Below are positions 20,796-28,872 of a stretch of 64,000 nucleotides of DNA, piece by piece. The notes below the pieces were generated by a model that saw only the letters and a list, made by a program, of their open reading frames with translations, made no database searches and was not told the origin of the DNA. Each line of letters starts with the position of its first letter. Within the stretch, counting starts at the first letter, position 1. The stretch comes from Sedimenticolaceae bacterium (GTDB lineage Bacteria; Pseudomonadota; Gammaproteobacteria; Chromatiales; Chromatiaceae), in the NCBI GenBank assembly GCA_050295355.1, contig JBNKPL010000002.1, positions 1,353 through 65,352 of the forward strand. The letters are read 5' to 3'. The translations under genes and the position numbers were made by a program.

Positions 20796-22127
20796 TTATC
20801 TTTTCGGCCGTGGAATTCCGAAGCGTTGCCGCCGCTCCCACAGGGCCTTGCGGCTGATCCCCAGCTTCTTCGCTATCTCCGTCTCCGTCATGTGGTCCTG
20901 ATGTTCCAGTACGAACTGACGGAAATACTCTTCCAGGGAGAGGTTATCATTACCGTTCCCTCCTTTGCCCCTTTTTCCACCAACCGAATGATCGATAGCC
21001 AGCAGCTCGGGCGTGATTAGGCGCTCTTCGCACAGGATCACGGCGCGTTCAATGGAGTTGGCCAGTTCACGCACATTTCCAGGCCAGTGGTATCGGCGGA
21101 TGGCGTCCATGGCGGTGCGGCTGAACTCCATGCCCGTCTGATTCAGTTGTTTGCACGCCTTGTCGAGCAGGAATTGGGAGAGCTCCTTGATGTCGTCACC
21201 CCGCTCCCGCAGGGGCGGCAGGATCATCTCCACCACCCGCAGGCGGAAGTAGAGGTCGCTGCGGAAGCGCTGCTCCTGCACCAGCCGCCGGATATCCTGG
21301 TGGGTGGCGGCGATGATGCGGACATCCAATGCGTCCATGGGCTCCTGCTGCAGCGGGCTTTCGTGGGCGTTGCTCTGCAGCAGCCGCAGCAGCCGGGCCT
21401 GGGCGGCCGGCGGCAGTTCGCCGATCTCATCCAGGAACAGGGTGCCCCTGGCGGCCTTCTGCAGCAGCCCCGGTTTGTCGCCCTTGGCCTCCTGGGTGTA
21501 GCCGAACAGCTCCATCTCGATCTGGTGCTCGGGTACGGCGGCGCAGTTGAATACCACGAAGGGCGCGTTATTCCGCTGGCTGCGTTCGTGCAGGGCGCGG
21601 GCCACCAACTCCTTGCCAGTGCCTGATTCGCCCAGGATCAGCACCGTGGCGTCCGTGGGCGCCACCTTGTCGATCCGGTTGCGGACCTCGTTCATGGCCG
21701 GGCACCGCCCGATCATTCCCCGTACCGGGTAGCTCTGCTCCAGGTCGGACTTCAGGACCGCCTGCTGCCGCTGCCGGCAGGCCTGATCCAGGATGCGCTC
21801 CACCAGCAGCAGCAGTTCGTCGTGGTCGAAGGGCTTGGCGATATAGTCCACGGCGCCCCGCTTCATGGCGTCCACCGCCGAGGGTACGCTGGCGTAGCTG
21901 GTGATGATCAACACCGGCGTGCCGTCGGCGCGGGCGATCACCTCGGTGCCGGGAACCCCGGGAAGACGCACGTCGGAGATGATCAGGTCAAATGCCTGCA
22001 AGCGGTATTGGGACTCCGCCTCTTCCACCGAGCCGGCCTCGGATACGCCGTAGCCGTTTTTCTCCAGCAGCCGTCTGACGGCGTTGCGGATTACCACTTC
22101 GTCTTCGATGATCAGAATACGGTTCAT
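20796..22127 (-). CDS. NtrC-family response regulator (REC, AAA+, Fis-type HTH) lacking the GAFTGA loop
   Basis: REC domain (DLIISDVRLPG), Walker A GESGTGKE, Walker B TLFLDEIG, and a C-terminal HTH EIAKKLGISRKALWERR. The segment ELFGYTQEAKGDKPGLL replaces the canonical ELFGHEKGAFTGA. Confidence 0.9.
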   Translation of the reverse strand: MNRILIIEDEVVIRNAVRRLLEKNGYGVSEAGSVEEAESQYRLQAFDLIISDVRLPGVPGTEVIARADGTPVLIITSYASVPSAVDAMKRGAVDYIAKPFDHDELLLLVERILDQACRQRQQAVLKSDLEQSYPVRGMIGRCPAMNEVRNRIDKVAPTDATVLILGESGTGKELVARALHERSQRNNAPFVVFNCAAVPEHQIEMELFGYTQEAKGDKPGLLQKAARGTLFLDEIGELPPAAQARLLRLLQSNAHESPLQQEPMDALDVRIIAATHQDIRRLVQEQRFRSDLYFRLRVVEMILPPLRERGDDIKELSQFLLDKACKQLNQTGMEFSRTAMDAIRRYHWPGNVRELANSIERAVILCEERLITPELLAIDHSVGGKRGKGGNGNDNLSLEEYFRQFVLEHQDHMTETEIAKKLGISRKALWERRQRFGIPRPKR

Positions 22128-25060
22128 GGCTGGTTCATGGGCAGGTCAATAATCACCCGGGTTCCGACCCCGGGTTCGGAATCGATTTCGATCGTGCCCT
22201 GGTGATCCTGGATGATCTTGTAGGCCATGGCCAGTCCCAGGCCGGTGCCTTCGCCGGGGGCCTTGGTGGTGTAGAAGGGCTCGAACAGGTACTGCTGCAT
22301 ATTTTCCGGTATCCCGCTCCCCCGGTCCATGATCTCAAGGCGGACGTTTTCGCCGTTGCGCATGGCGATCAGCTCCACCCGTTCCCCTGGTCCGGAGGCG
22401 TCGCTGGCGTTGGTGAACAGGTTGATCAGCACCTGGGACAGGCCCTGGCGGTCACCGCGAATCCGCAGATGTTCCGGGCAGTTGCACAGGTATTCGATCT
22501 GGCGGCCCTTGGGGGTGAGCCGCATCAGCCGGACCGCCTCATCCACCACCTCATGAAGCGGGAACTCCTGCATCTTTCCGATACCGCTGTCGCCGCTGCG
22601 GCTGAAACTCATCAACGAGCGGACGATGGCGGAGATGCGGCCGGTCTGGTTGAGGATCTCCTCAATACTCTCCCGGATCACCTCGGGGTCATCCTCGTCG
22701 CGCAGGTTCTGCGCCAGGGAGGCGATGCCGGTCACCGGGTTGCCGATTTCGTGGGCTACCCCGGCGGCCAGGCGGCCCACCGAGGCCAGACGGTCGCTGT
22801 GGGCGAGCTCCGCCTCCAGATTGGAGAGGTTGGTGAAATCCTCCAGCAGGATGACCAGGCTGGTCCGCCCGCCGTGGTCCGTGGGTATGGGGTTGGTGTC
22901 GAGCACCTTGGCCTTGTGGAGGTTGAAACAGCGGGTTCGGTCGTACAGTTCCAGTTCCATATTGTGAATGTGTTCGTCCTGCGCCAGGGCGAATCCGCGC
23001 AGCAGTTCCCCCCAGGGGGCGGGTAGGTCGCCCAGGGCGCAACCGGTGGCGTCGGCGCTGGAGATGCCGCTGGCCTCCTCCATGGCGGGATTCCAGATCA
23101 CCACGTTCTGTTCCGGATCGGCGGCGCACACCCCGAGGGGCAGGTCGAGCAGGATCTGGCGGTGGAAGCGGCGCAGGTTGTCGAGGTTGGCCGCCAGGCC
23201 CCGCAGCTGGATGCGCGACGCCTCCAGACGCTGCTCCATATAGCGCACCGAGTCGGCCAGCGCGGTCTTCGCCAGGCTGTCCATCTCCAGGCGCTGGGAG
23301 ATGATGACGTGGGCCATCTGCGGTCCCACCAGCCCGGAGAGGTTGCGCTCGATGCGCTCCCGCAGTTGGCGCAGCTCCGTGGGTCTCGACTCATCGGCGG
23401 AGAAACCCAGGTCGTCCAGCGCCTGCTGCACCTCTTTTCTTGCCGTTCTCTTGCCGAGGATTCCGGCCAGGCCCTCGGTGAACTGCGCGGGGGAACGGGC
23501 GGCCACCACCCCGGATACCGGGGCCACGGTGTCGCTGTGGCAGGCGTAGGCGGCGATCTGCTCCTCTTCCGACTGACCGCCCAGAAGGGAGCCGATGACG
23601 AACAGGGCGCCGTTGATGGTCAGGGACCAGAAGGTGGCGAACTCCCAGTAACTGAGGCCGGAGTGCTGGCGCAGGTTTTCCAGGTCCATGGCGTTGCTGA
23701 TGAAACCGGAGGTCTCAAGCAGCGGGATCAGCAGGGTCAGCACCCAGACGGCGATGCCTCCCAGCAGTCCGAGGATAAAGCCGGGCCGGCTGGCGCGCTG
23801 CCAGAACAGGGCGCCGATGATGCCGGGGAGAAACTGGGCCACCGCCACGAAAGAGATCAGCCCCAGTTGCACCAGCCCCTGATTGTGCTCCAGGGTCTGA
23901 TAGAAGACGTATCCGCCCATGATGATGACGCCGATCAGGAGGCGCCGGCTCCACAGCAGCCAGTGGTAGATATCCACCTTGGGATTGGGATAGCTGGCGG
24001 GCAGCACCAGATGGTTCAGACACATGGAGGAGAGGGCGAGGGTGGTGACGATCACCATGGCGCTGGAGGCGGAGATCCCCCCCAGAAACGTCAGCACGGG
24101 CAGCCATTTCGGTCCCTGGGCGAGGGTGATCCCGAGTACATAGTAGTCCGGGTCCATGTTCAGCTGCAGGTGCTGCCCCCCCCACAGGATTGGCGGAATG
24201 GCCAGGTTGAGCAGCAGCAGGAACAGGGGAAAGCCCCAGGCCGCCGCGCCCAGCGCGCGGGGGGAGGTGTTTTCGGTGAACGCCATGTGAAACTGGCGGG
24301 GCAGCAGAAAGGCAGCGGCGAAGGCGAGGAACAGCAGGGTGAGCCAGGGACCCTCGCGTACTGGTTTGTAGAGCGCCTGGGTCGCCTCGGGGTGTTGTTG
24401 CAGCCATTCGGCCAGGCCGGAGAAACCGGAAAAGGCGCCGAACACGGCGAACAGGCCGGCCATCAGCAGGGCGACCAGCTTGACGAAGGATTCGAAGGCG
24501 ATGGCGGCCACCAGTCCGTGATGCTTTTCCCGCGGCGAAATATGGCGGGCGCCGAACAGTACGGCGAACAGGATCAGGATAATGCAGAACCAGAGCGCGA
24601 TGGGCTGGGGGGTCGCCTCCTGGGTCAGCACCTGCAGGGACTCGGTTACGGCGCGGAACTGCAGGGCGATATAGGGCAGGGAGCCCAGCAGCATGAACAG
24701 GGTGACGATCACCCCCGCGCTCTGGCTGCGGTAGCGGAAGGCGAACAGGTCGGCCAGGGAGGTGAGCTGATACTCCCGGGTGAGGCGCAGGATAGGGCGC
24801 AGCAGCAGAGGGCTGAGCAGGAAGGCGATGGTGACGCCCAGGTAGATGGTCAGAAACAGGAAGCCCTGCCGCTCGGCAAAGCCCACGCTGCCGTAATAGC
24901 TCCAGGAGGTGGCGTATACCCCCAGGGAGAGGATGTACACCATGGGGTGGCGGACCAGGCGCTCGGGAACGCGGCCGCTGTCGGTGGCGTAGGCGATCAG
25001 GAACAGCAGCAGCAGATAGGCGATGCTGATCCCGAACAGTACCTCCAGATCATAGGTCAT
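22124..25060 (-). CDS. Sensor histidine kinase with an N-terminal SLC5/SSS transporter-like domain (CbrA/CrbS architecture)
   Basis: About 13 TM segments in the first 500 aa, a STAC-like linker (LAGILGKRTARKEVQQAL...), a PAS region, H-box AHEIGNP, and the HATPase motifs NLFTNASDA, DRGSGIP and GTGLGLA. There is no receiver domain. Confidence 0.9.
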   Translation of the reverse strand: MTYDLEVLFGISIAYLLLLFLIAYATDSGRVPERLVRHPMVYILSLGVYATSWSYYGSVGFAERQGFLFLTIYLGVTIAFLLSPLLLRPILRLTREYQLTSLADLFAFRYRSQSAGVIVTLFMLLGSLPYIALQFRAVTESLQVLTQEATPQPIALWFCIILILFAVLFGARHISPREKHHGLVAAIAFESFVKLVALLMAGLFAVFGAFSGFSGLAEWLQQHPEATQALYKPVREGPWLTLLFLAFAAAFLLPRQFHMAFTENTSPRALGAAAWGFPLFLLLLNLAIPPILWGGQHLQLNMDPDYYVLGITLAQGPKWLPVLTFLGGISASSAMVIVTTLALSSMCLNHLVLPASYPNPKVDIYHWLLWSRRLLIGVIIMGGYVFYQTLEHNQGLVQLGLISFVAVAQFLPGIIGALFWQRASRPGFILGLLGGIAVWVLTLLIPLLETSGFISNAMDLENLRQHSGLSYWEFATFWSLTINGALFVIGSLLGGQSEEEQIAAYACHSDTVAPVSGVVAARSPAQFTEGLAGILGKRTARKEVQQALDDLGFSADESRPTELRQLRERIERNLSGLVGPQMAHVIISQRLEMDSLAKTALADSVRYMEQRLEASRIQLRGLAANLDNLRRFHRQILLDLPLGVCAADPEQNVVIWNPAMEEASGISSADATGCALGDLPAPWGELLRGFALAQDEHIHNMELELYDRTRCFNLHKAKVLDTNPIPTDHGGRTSLVILLEDFTNLSNLEAELAHSDRLASVGRLAAGVAHEIGNPVTGIASLAQNLRDEDDPEVIRESIEEILNQTGRISAIVRSLMSFSRSGDSGIGKMQEFPLHEVVDEAVRLMRLTPKGRQIEYLCNCPEHLRIRGDRQGLSQVLINLFTNASDASGPGERVELIAMRNGENVRLEIMDRGSGIPENMQQYLFEPFYTTKAPGEGTGLGLAMAYKIIQDHQGTIEIDSEPGVGTRVIIDLPMNQP

Positions 25061-25253
25061 GGCGGCCGTACCGGAAGTGGATCCAGGCCCCGGCGACGAT
25101 AATGACCAGCCAGAACAGGTAGGGCAGGAGCCAGGAGTCGCCGCTGGAAGCCCAGGTGACGGTCAGGGGCGAGGCAAAGAGAAACAGCGCCAGAAAAAAC
25201 GCCAGCAGGGTACGTTCCTTGAGCTTTTCCGGGTCGGGTGGGGTGGTCATCAT
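25050..25253 (-). CDS. Small 2-TM peptide translationally coupled to the sensor kinase (cbrX-like position)
   Basis: MMTTPPDPEKLKERTLLAFFLALFLFASPL... (67 aa). Its stop overlaps the kinase ATG by 11 nt. The track start at 25268 is a TTG extension. Confidence 0.5.
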   Translation of the reverse strand: MMTTPPDPEKLKERTLLAFFLALFLFASPLTVTWASSGDSWLLPYLFWLVIIVAGAWIHFRYGRHDL

Positions 25254-25267
25254 GGGCAAGCGTAGCA

Positions 25268-25288
25268 ATTGTTACTATAAGTAACAAT
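25268..25288. promoter_or_regulatory. Perfect 21-bp palindrome ATTGTTACT-ATA-AGTAACAAT in the divergent kinase-operon/trkA region
   Basis: Exact 9-bp arms. It contains TGTTAC-N5-GTAACA and lies 15 nt upstream of the small-peptide ATG. Confidence 0.45.
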
Positions 25289-25404
25289 AGGTGCCGCCCA
25301 CAGGGCGTATCCAGGGCTGGTAAATAGCCATGGTGGGGGGTGGGGCGTATAATCATCGCCGCTGGACCGGCGGGTCGATTTTGCCGAGACGAAGAACAAC
25401 CAGG

Positions 25405-26751
25405 ATGAAGATAATTATACTTGGGGCTGGCCGGACGGGATCTTCCGTGGCGAGAAATCTCGCCAGTGAAGATAACGACGTGGTGGTGGTGGATGTCAAG
25501 CCGGCGCTCTTGCATGAGCTTCAGGATCGGGTCGATATCTCCACGGTATGCGGCATGGGGGTGCATCCGGAAATACTGGAGCGCGCCGGCGCCGCAAACG
25601 CGGACCTGCTGATCGCGGCCATGCCGCGCGATGAAGACAACATGCTGGTGTGTCAGATCGCCTGGTCGCTGTACAAACTCCCCGTCAAGATCGCCCGTGT
25701 TCGGGATACCGACTATCTACTCCACGAAGAGCAACTGTTCAGCCCGGACGATATCAATATCGACGTGGTGATCTGTCCCGAATCCCTGGTGACGGGGCAC
25801 ATCCAGCGCATGATCGAACATCCGGGTTCGAAGCTGGTGCGCGATTTTTCCGGCGGCAAGGTGCGGCTGGTCGAGGTGGCCGTGCAGGGGAATGCGCGTG
25901 CGGCGGGAATGTCCATTCAGGAACTGCATATCAAACACCCCATGGTCCGGTTTGTGGCCCTGTTCCGGAACCGCAAACTGGTGCTTCCCACCCCGGATAC
26001 CGTGCTACGCGCGGATGATCAGGTGATGTATGTCACCTCGCGCGATCAGGTGATGGCGATGATGGCGGATCTGCGTGAATCCGAACAACCCTTTCGCCGC
26101 CTCATTGTCGCGGGCGGCGGCCACGTGGGGAAGCGGGTGGCGCTGGCGGTGCAGGACAGCTATCGTCTCAAGATTATCGAAAAGGACGCGGAACGCGCGG
26201 CCGCAATCGCGCCGCTGTTGAGAAAAACCATCGTGCTTAGCGGTGACGCCAGTGACCGGGAGCTGCTGCTGGATGAGGGGATCGCCGATACCGATCTCTT
26301 TTGCGCGGTAACCAACGAAGACGAGGCGAATATCCTCTCCTGCATGCTGGCCGCCCGTCTGGGCGTACGCCAGACCATGTGCCTGGTCAACAGGACGGCC
26401 TATGCCGAATTGGTGCGCAACAGCGCCATCGATATTGTGTTTTCCCCCGACCGGATTACCGCGGCCAGTATTCTGCGTTATGCGCGGCGCGGCGAGGTAG
26501 TGCAGGCGTTCCCGATCCACAGGGGGGGAGCCGAGGTGATGGAGGCGCAGGTGCTGGCCGGCGCCGCCATTATCGGCAAGCGGGTAGAGCAGATCAGTTT
26601 GCCTCCTGGAGTGGTGCTCGGCGCGGTCACCCGGGGTGAATCCGTAGTGGAGGTTCATCATGATACGGTGTTCGAGGAAGGGGATCATGTGGTGATGTTT
26701 CTTCGCGGCAAACCGCTGCTGGCTGCGGTAGAAAAGCACTTTCAGGCATAA
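25405..26751 (+). CDS. trkA: Trk potassium uptake protein TrkA
   Basis: Start MKIIILGAGRTGSSVA. A second Rossmann motif LIVAGGGHVGKRVA. 448 aa, followed by trkH. Confidence 0.93.
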   Translation: MKIIILGAGRTGSSVARNLASEDNDVVVVDVKPALLHELQDRVDISTVCGMGVHPEILERAGAANADLLIAAMPRDEDNMLVCQIAWSLYKLPVKIARVRDTDYLLHEEQLFSPDDINIDVVICPESLVTGHIQRMIEHPGSKLVRDFSGGKVRLVEVAVQGNARAAGMSIQELHIKHPMVRFVALFRNRKLVLPTPDTVLRADDQVMYVTSRDQVMAMMADLRESEQPFRRLIVAGGGHVGKRVALAVQDSYRLKIIEKDAERAAAIAPLLRKTIVLSGDASDRELLLDEGIADTDLFCAVTNEDEANILSCMLAARLGVRQTMCLVNRTAYAELVRNSAIDIVFSPDRITAASILRYARRGEVVQAFPIHRGGAEVMEAQVLAGAAIIGKRVEQISLPPGVVLGAVTRGESVVEVHHDTVFEEGDHVVMFLRGKPLLAAVEKHFQA

Positions 26752-26764
26752 CCAGCGGATCTTT

Positions 26765-28216
26765 ATGAGCCTGCGTTTGCTGCAAAAAATATTCGGCATG
26801 CTGCTGATTATCTTCAGCTTCAGCATGCTGCCACCCATATTGGTGTCGTTCCTGGATGCTCAGCAGGAACTCATTCCCTTCCTCAAGACATTTGTGCTGG
26901 TGCTGATTCTTGGCCTGATGCTATGGCTGCCGATGAGGAACTACCAGAAAGAGCTGCGCTCACGGGAAGGATTCATCGTGGTTACCCTGTTCTGGGTGGT
27001 GTTCGGCGCCCTGGGCGCCATCCCCTTCATGATGGCGGACTCCCTGGACATGAGTTTCACCGATGCGTTTTTCGAGTCCATGTCCGGTTTTACTACCACC
27101 GGGGCCACGGTGATCACGGGCCTGGACGCGTTGCCCAAGGCGATCCTGTTCTATCGTCAGATGCTGCAGTGGCTGGGCGGCATGGGCATTATCGTATTGG
27201 CGGTGGCGATTCTCCCGGTTCTGGGGGTCGGCGGGATGCAGCTGTTCAAGGCCGAAGTGCCCGGTCCCGTTAAAGACGCCAAGCTGACGCCCCGCATCAA
27301 GGGCACGGCCAAGGTGCTGTACTCCATCTACCTTCTGATCACCGTATTGTGCGCCGTGACCTACTGGCTGGCCGGGATGGATGCCTTTGACGCCATCGCC
27401 CACAGTATGTCCACCGTCGCCAACGGTGGTTTCTCGACCCACGATCAGAGTTTTGCCTGGTTTGACAGTCCGGTGCTGGAGGGGGTGGCGATCTTTTTTA
27501 TGGCCCTCTCCGGCGTGAACTTCGCGCTCCATTACCGCGTCTGGCAGTCACGCAGTCTGAGGGCCTATTGGCGGGATACGGAGTTTCGGGTCTTCATCTG
27601 GCTGCTGGTCGGCGGTTCGGCGCTGGTGTCGGCCTATCTGGCGCTGCATGACGGCTATCAGTACATATTCAGTGATGTGCATCATGGCTCGTTCCAGCTG
27701 GTTTCCTTTATGACCACATCGGGTTTCAGCGTTGCCGATTTTGTTTTCTGGCCCGATTTTGTTCCCGTGATGCTGGTGTTCATGGGGTTTGTCGGCGGCT
27801 GCGCGGGATCCACGGCGGGGGGGCTCAAGGTGATCCGGGTGACGCTGCTGGCCAAGCAGGCGGGACGTGAGGTTCGAAGCCTGATTCATCCCACCGCCCA
27901 GTTCCCGATCCTGCTGGACGGGGTAGGCGTGGAAGAGCGGGTTATCAATGCGGTATGGGGCTTTTTCGGGCTCTATGTGGTGGTGTTCTCCACCTTGATG
28001 CTGCTGATGATGGCGGCGGGCGTGGATCAGGTTACCGCCTTTTCGGCGGTGGCCGCCTGTATTAACAATCTGGGCCCGGGGCTGGGGGAGGTGGCGACGA
28101 GCTTCGTATCCATGGACGATTATGTGAAGTGGCTCGGCGCCTTCGGAATGCTGGTCGGGCGGTTGGAGATCTTTACCGTGCTGGTGCTGTTTTCGCCGCA
28201 TTTCTGGCGGCGCTGA
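26765..28216 (+). CDS. trkH: Trk potassium uptake protein TrkH
   Basis: 483-aa polytopic protein with TrkH-type repeats (FESMSGFTTTGATV, MTTSGFS). Confidence 0.93.
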   Translation: MSLRLLQKIFGMLLIIFSFSMLPPILVSFLDAQQELIPFLKTFVLVLILGLMLWLPMRNYQKELRSREGFIVVTLFWVVFGALGAIPFMMADSLDMSFTDAFFESMSGFTTTGATVITGLDALPKAILFYRQMLQWLGGMGIIVLAVAILPVLGVGGMQLFKAEVPGPVKDAKLTPRIKGTAKVLYSIYLLITVLCAVTYWLAGMDAFDAIAHSMSTVANGGFSTHDQSFAWFDSPVLEGVAIFFMALSGVNFALHYRVWQSRSLRAYWRDTEFRVFIWLLVGGSALVSAYLALHDGYQYIFSDVHHGSFQLVSFMTTSGFSVADFVFWPDFVPVMLVFMGFVGGCAGSTAGGLKVIRVTLLAKQAGREVRSLIHPTAQFPILLDGVGVEERVINAVWGFFGLYVVVFSTLMLLMMAAGVDQVTAFSAVAACINNLGPGLGEVATSFVSMDDYVKWLGAFGMLVGRLEIFTVLVLFSPHFWRR

Positions 28217-28241
28217 AAGCGTACGGATCGATATATCTTTT

Positions 28242-28324
28242 GCCACAGAGGTCACAGAGGCCACAGAATACACAGAGCAGAAAAAGGTATTTAAAACCTC
28301 CGTGTACTCTGTGGCCTCTGTGGC
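28242..28324. repeat. REP-like inverted-repeat element, copy D (four 9-mer units in the left arm)
   Basis: gccacagag gtcacagag gccacagaa tacacagag ... cctccgtgtactctgtggcctctgtggc, flanked by tttt/aaaa. Confidence 0.8.
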
Positions 28325-28445
28325 AAAAAGATTTAATGGCAAGACTAAGCCGGGTAGCCGATTACTCCCTTTATGAGTGATTGGGGGTGTGTTTTCGGGC
28401 TATGATTCGAATAAGGTCCAGATAATAGACATCAGGGGGTGACGA

Positions 28446-28829
28446 GTGAATCCGGAAAAGGTCGTATTCGGTTTTTTTATCGTGCTGGCGTTGACACTCA
28501 ATTTCGGCTTTTTCGTGGGCGAGCTGGACGACCCCGCGCATCACCACTTGTACGAGCTTTTTGCCGTGGTCGTGGTGAACCTGATCGCCACGGTGCTCAA
28601 ATTCGGTGACCGTACCCAGCTTGGGGCCCTGTTGCTGGCCACCAGTCTGGTGGCGGTGCTGCAACTGTTGGCCGCGGGAATGATTTGGGGCATGGCCGAG
28701 CATGTAACCGGGGACGGCCTTACCCCAACGGTCATGGCCAGTATCGTCTCTCTTTCCGGCGGGGCCATGATTGCGAATGTGGTGTCCGTGGTGCTGCTGG
28801 TGATTGAGACGGTTATGCTGCGGCGCTGA
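28446..28829 (+). CDS. Hypothetical 4-TM membrane protein (127 aa)
   Basis: GTG start and four hydrophobic helices. It lies directly upstream of the K+ channel gene. Confidence 0.5.
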   Translation: MNPEKVVFGFFIVLALTLNFGFFVGELDDPAHHHLYELFAVVVVNLIATVLKFGDRTQLGALLLATSLVAVLQLLAAGMIWGMAEHVTGDGLTPTVMASIVSLSGGAMIANVVSVVLLVIETVMLRR

Positions 28830-28872
28830 CAGCGGCGCCTTCTCCGCCGTGGATACCATCTTTTTTATCGTC

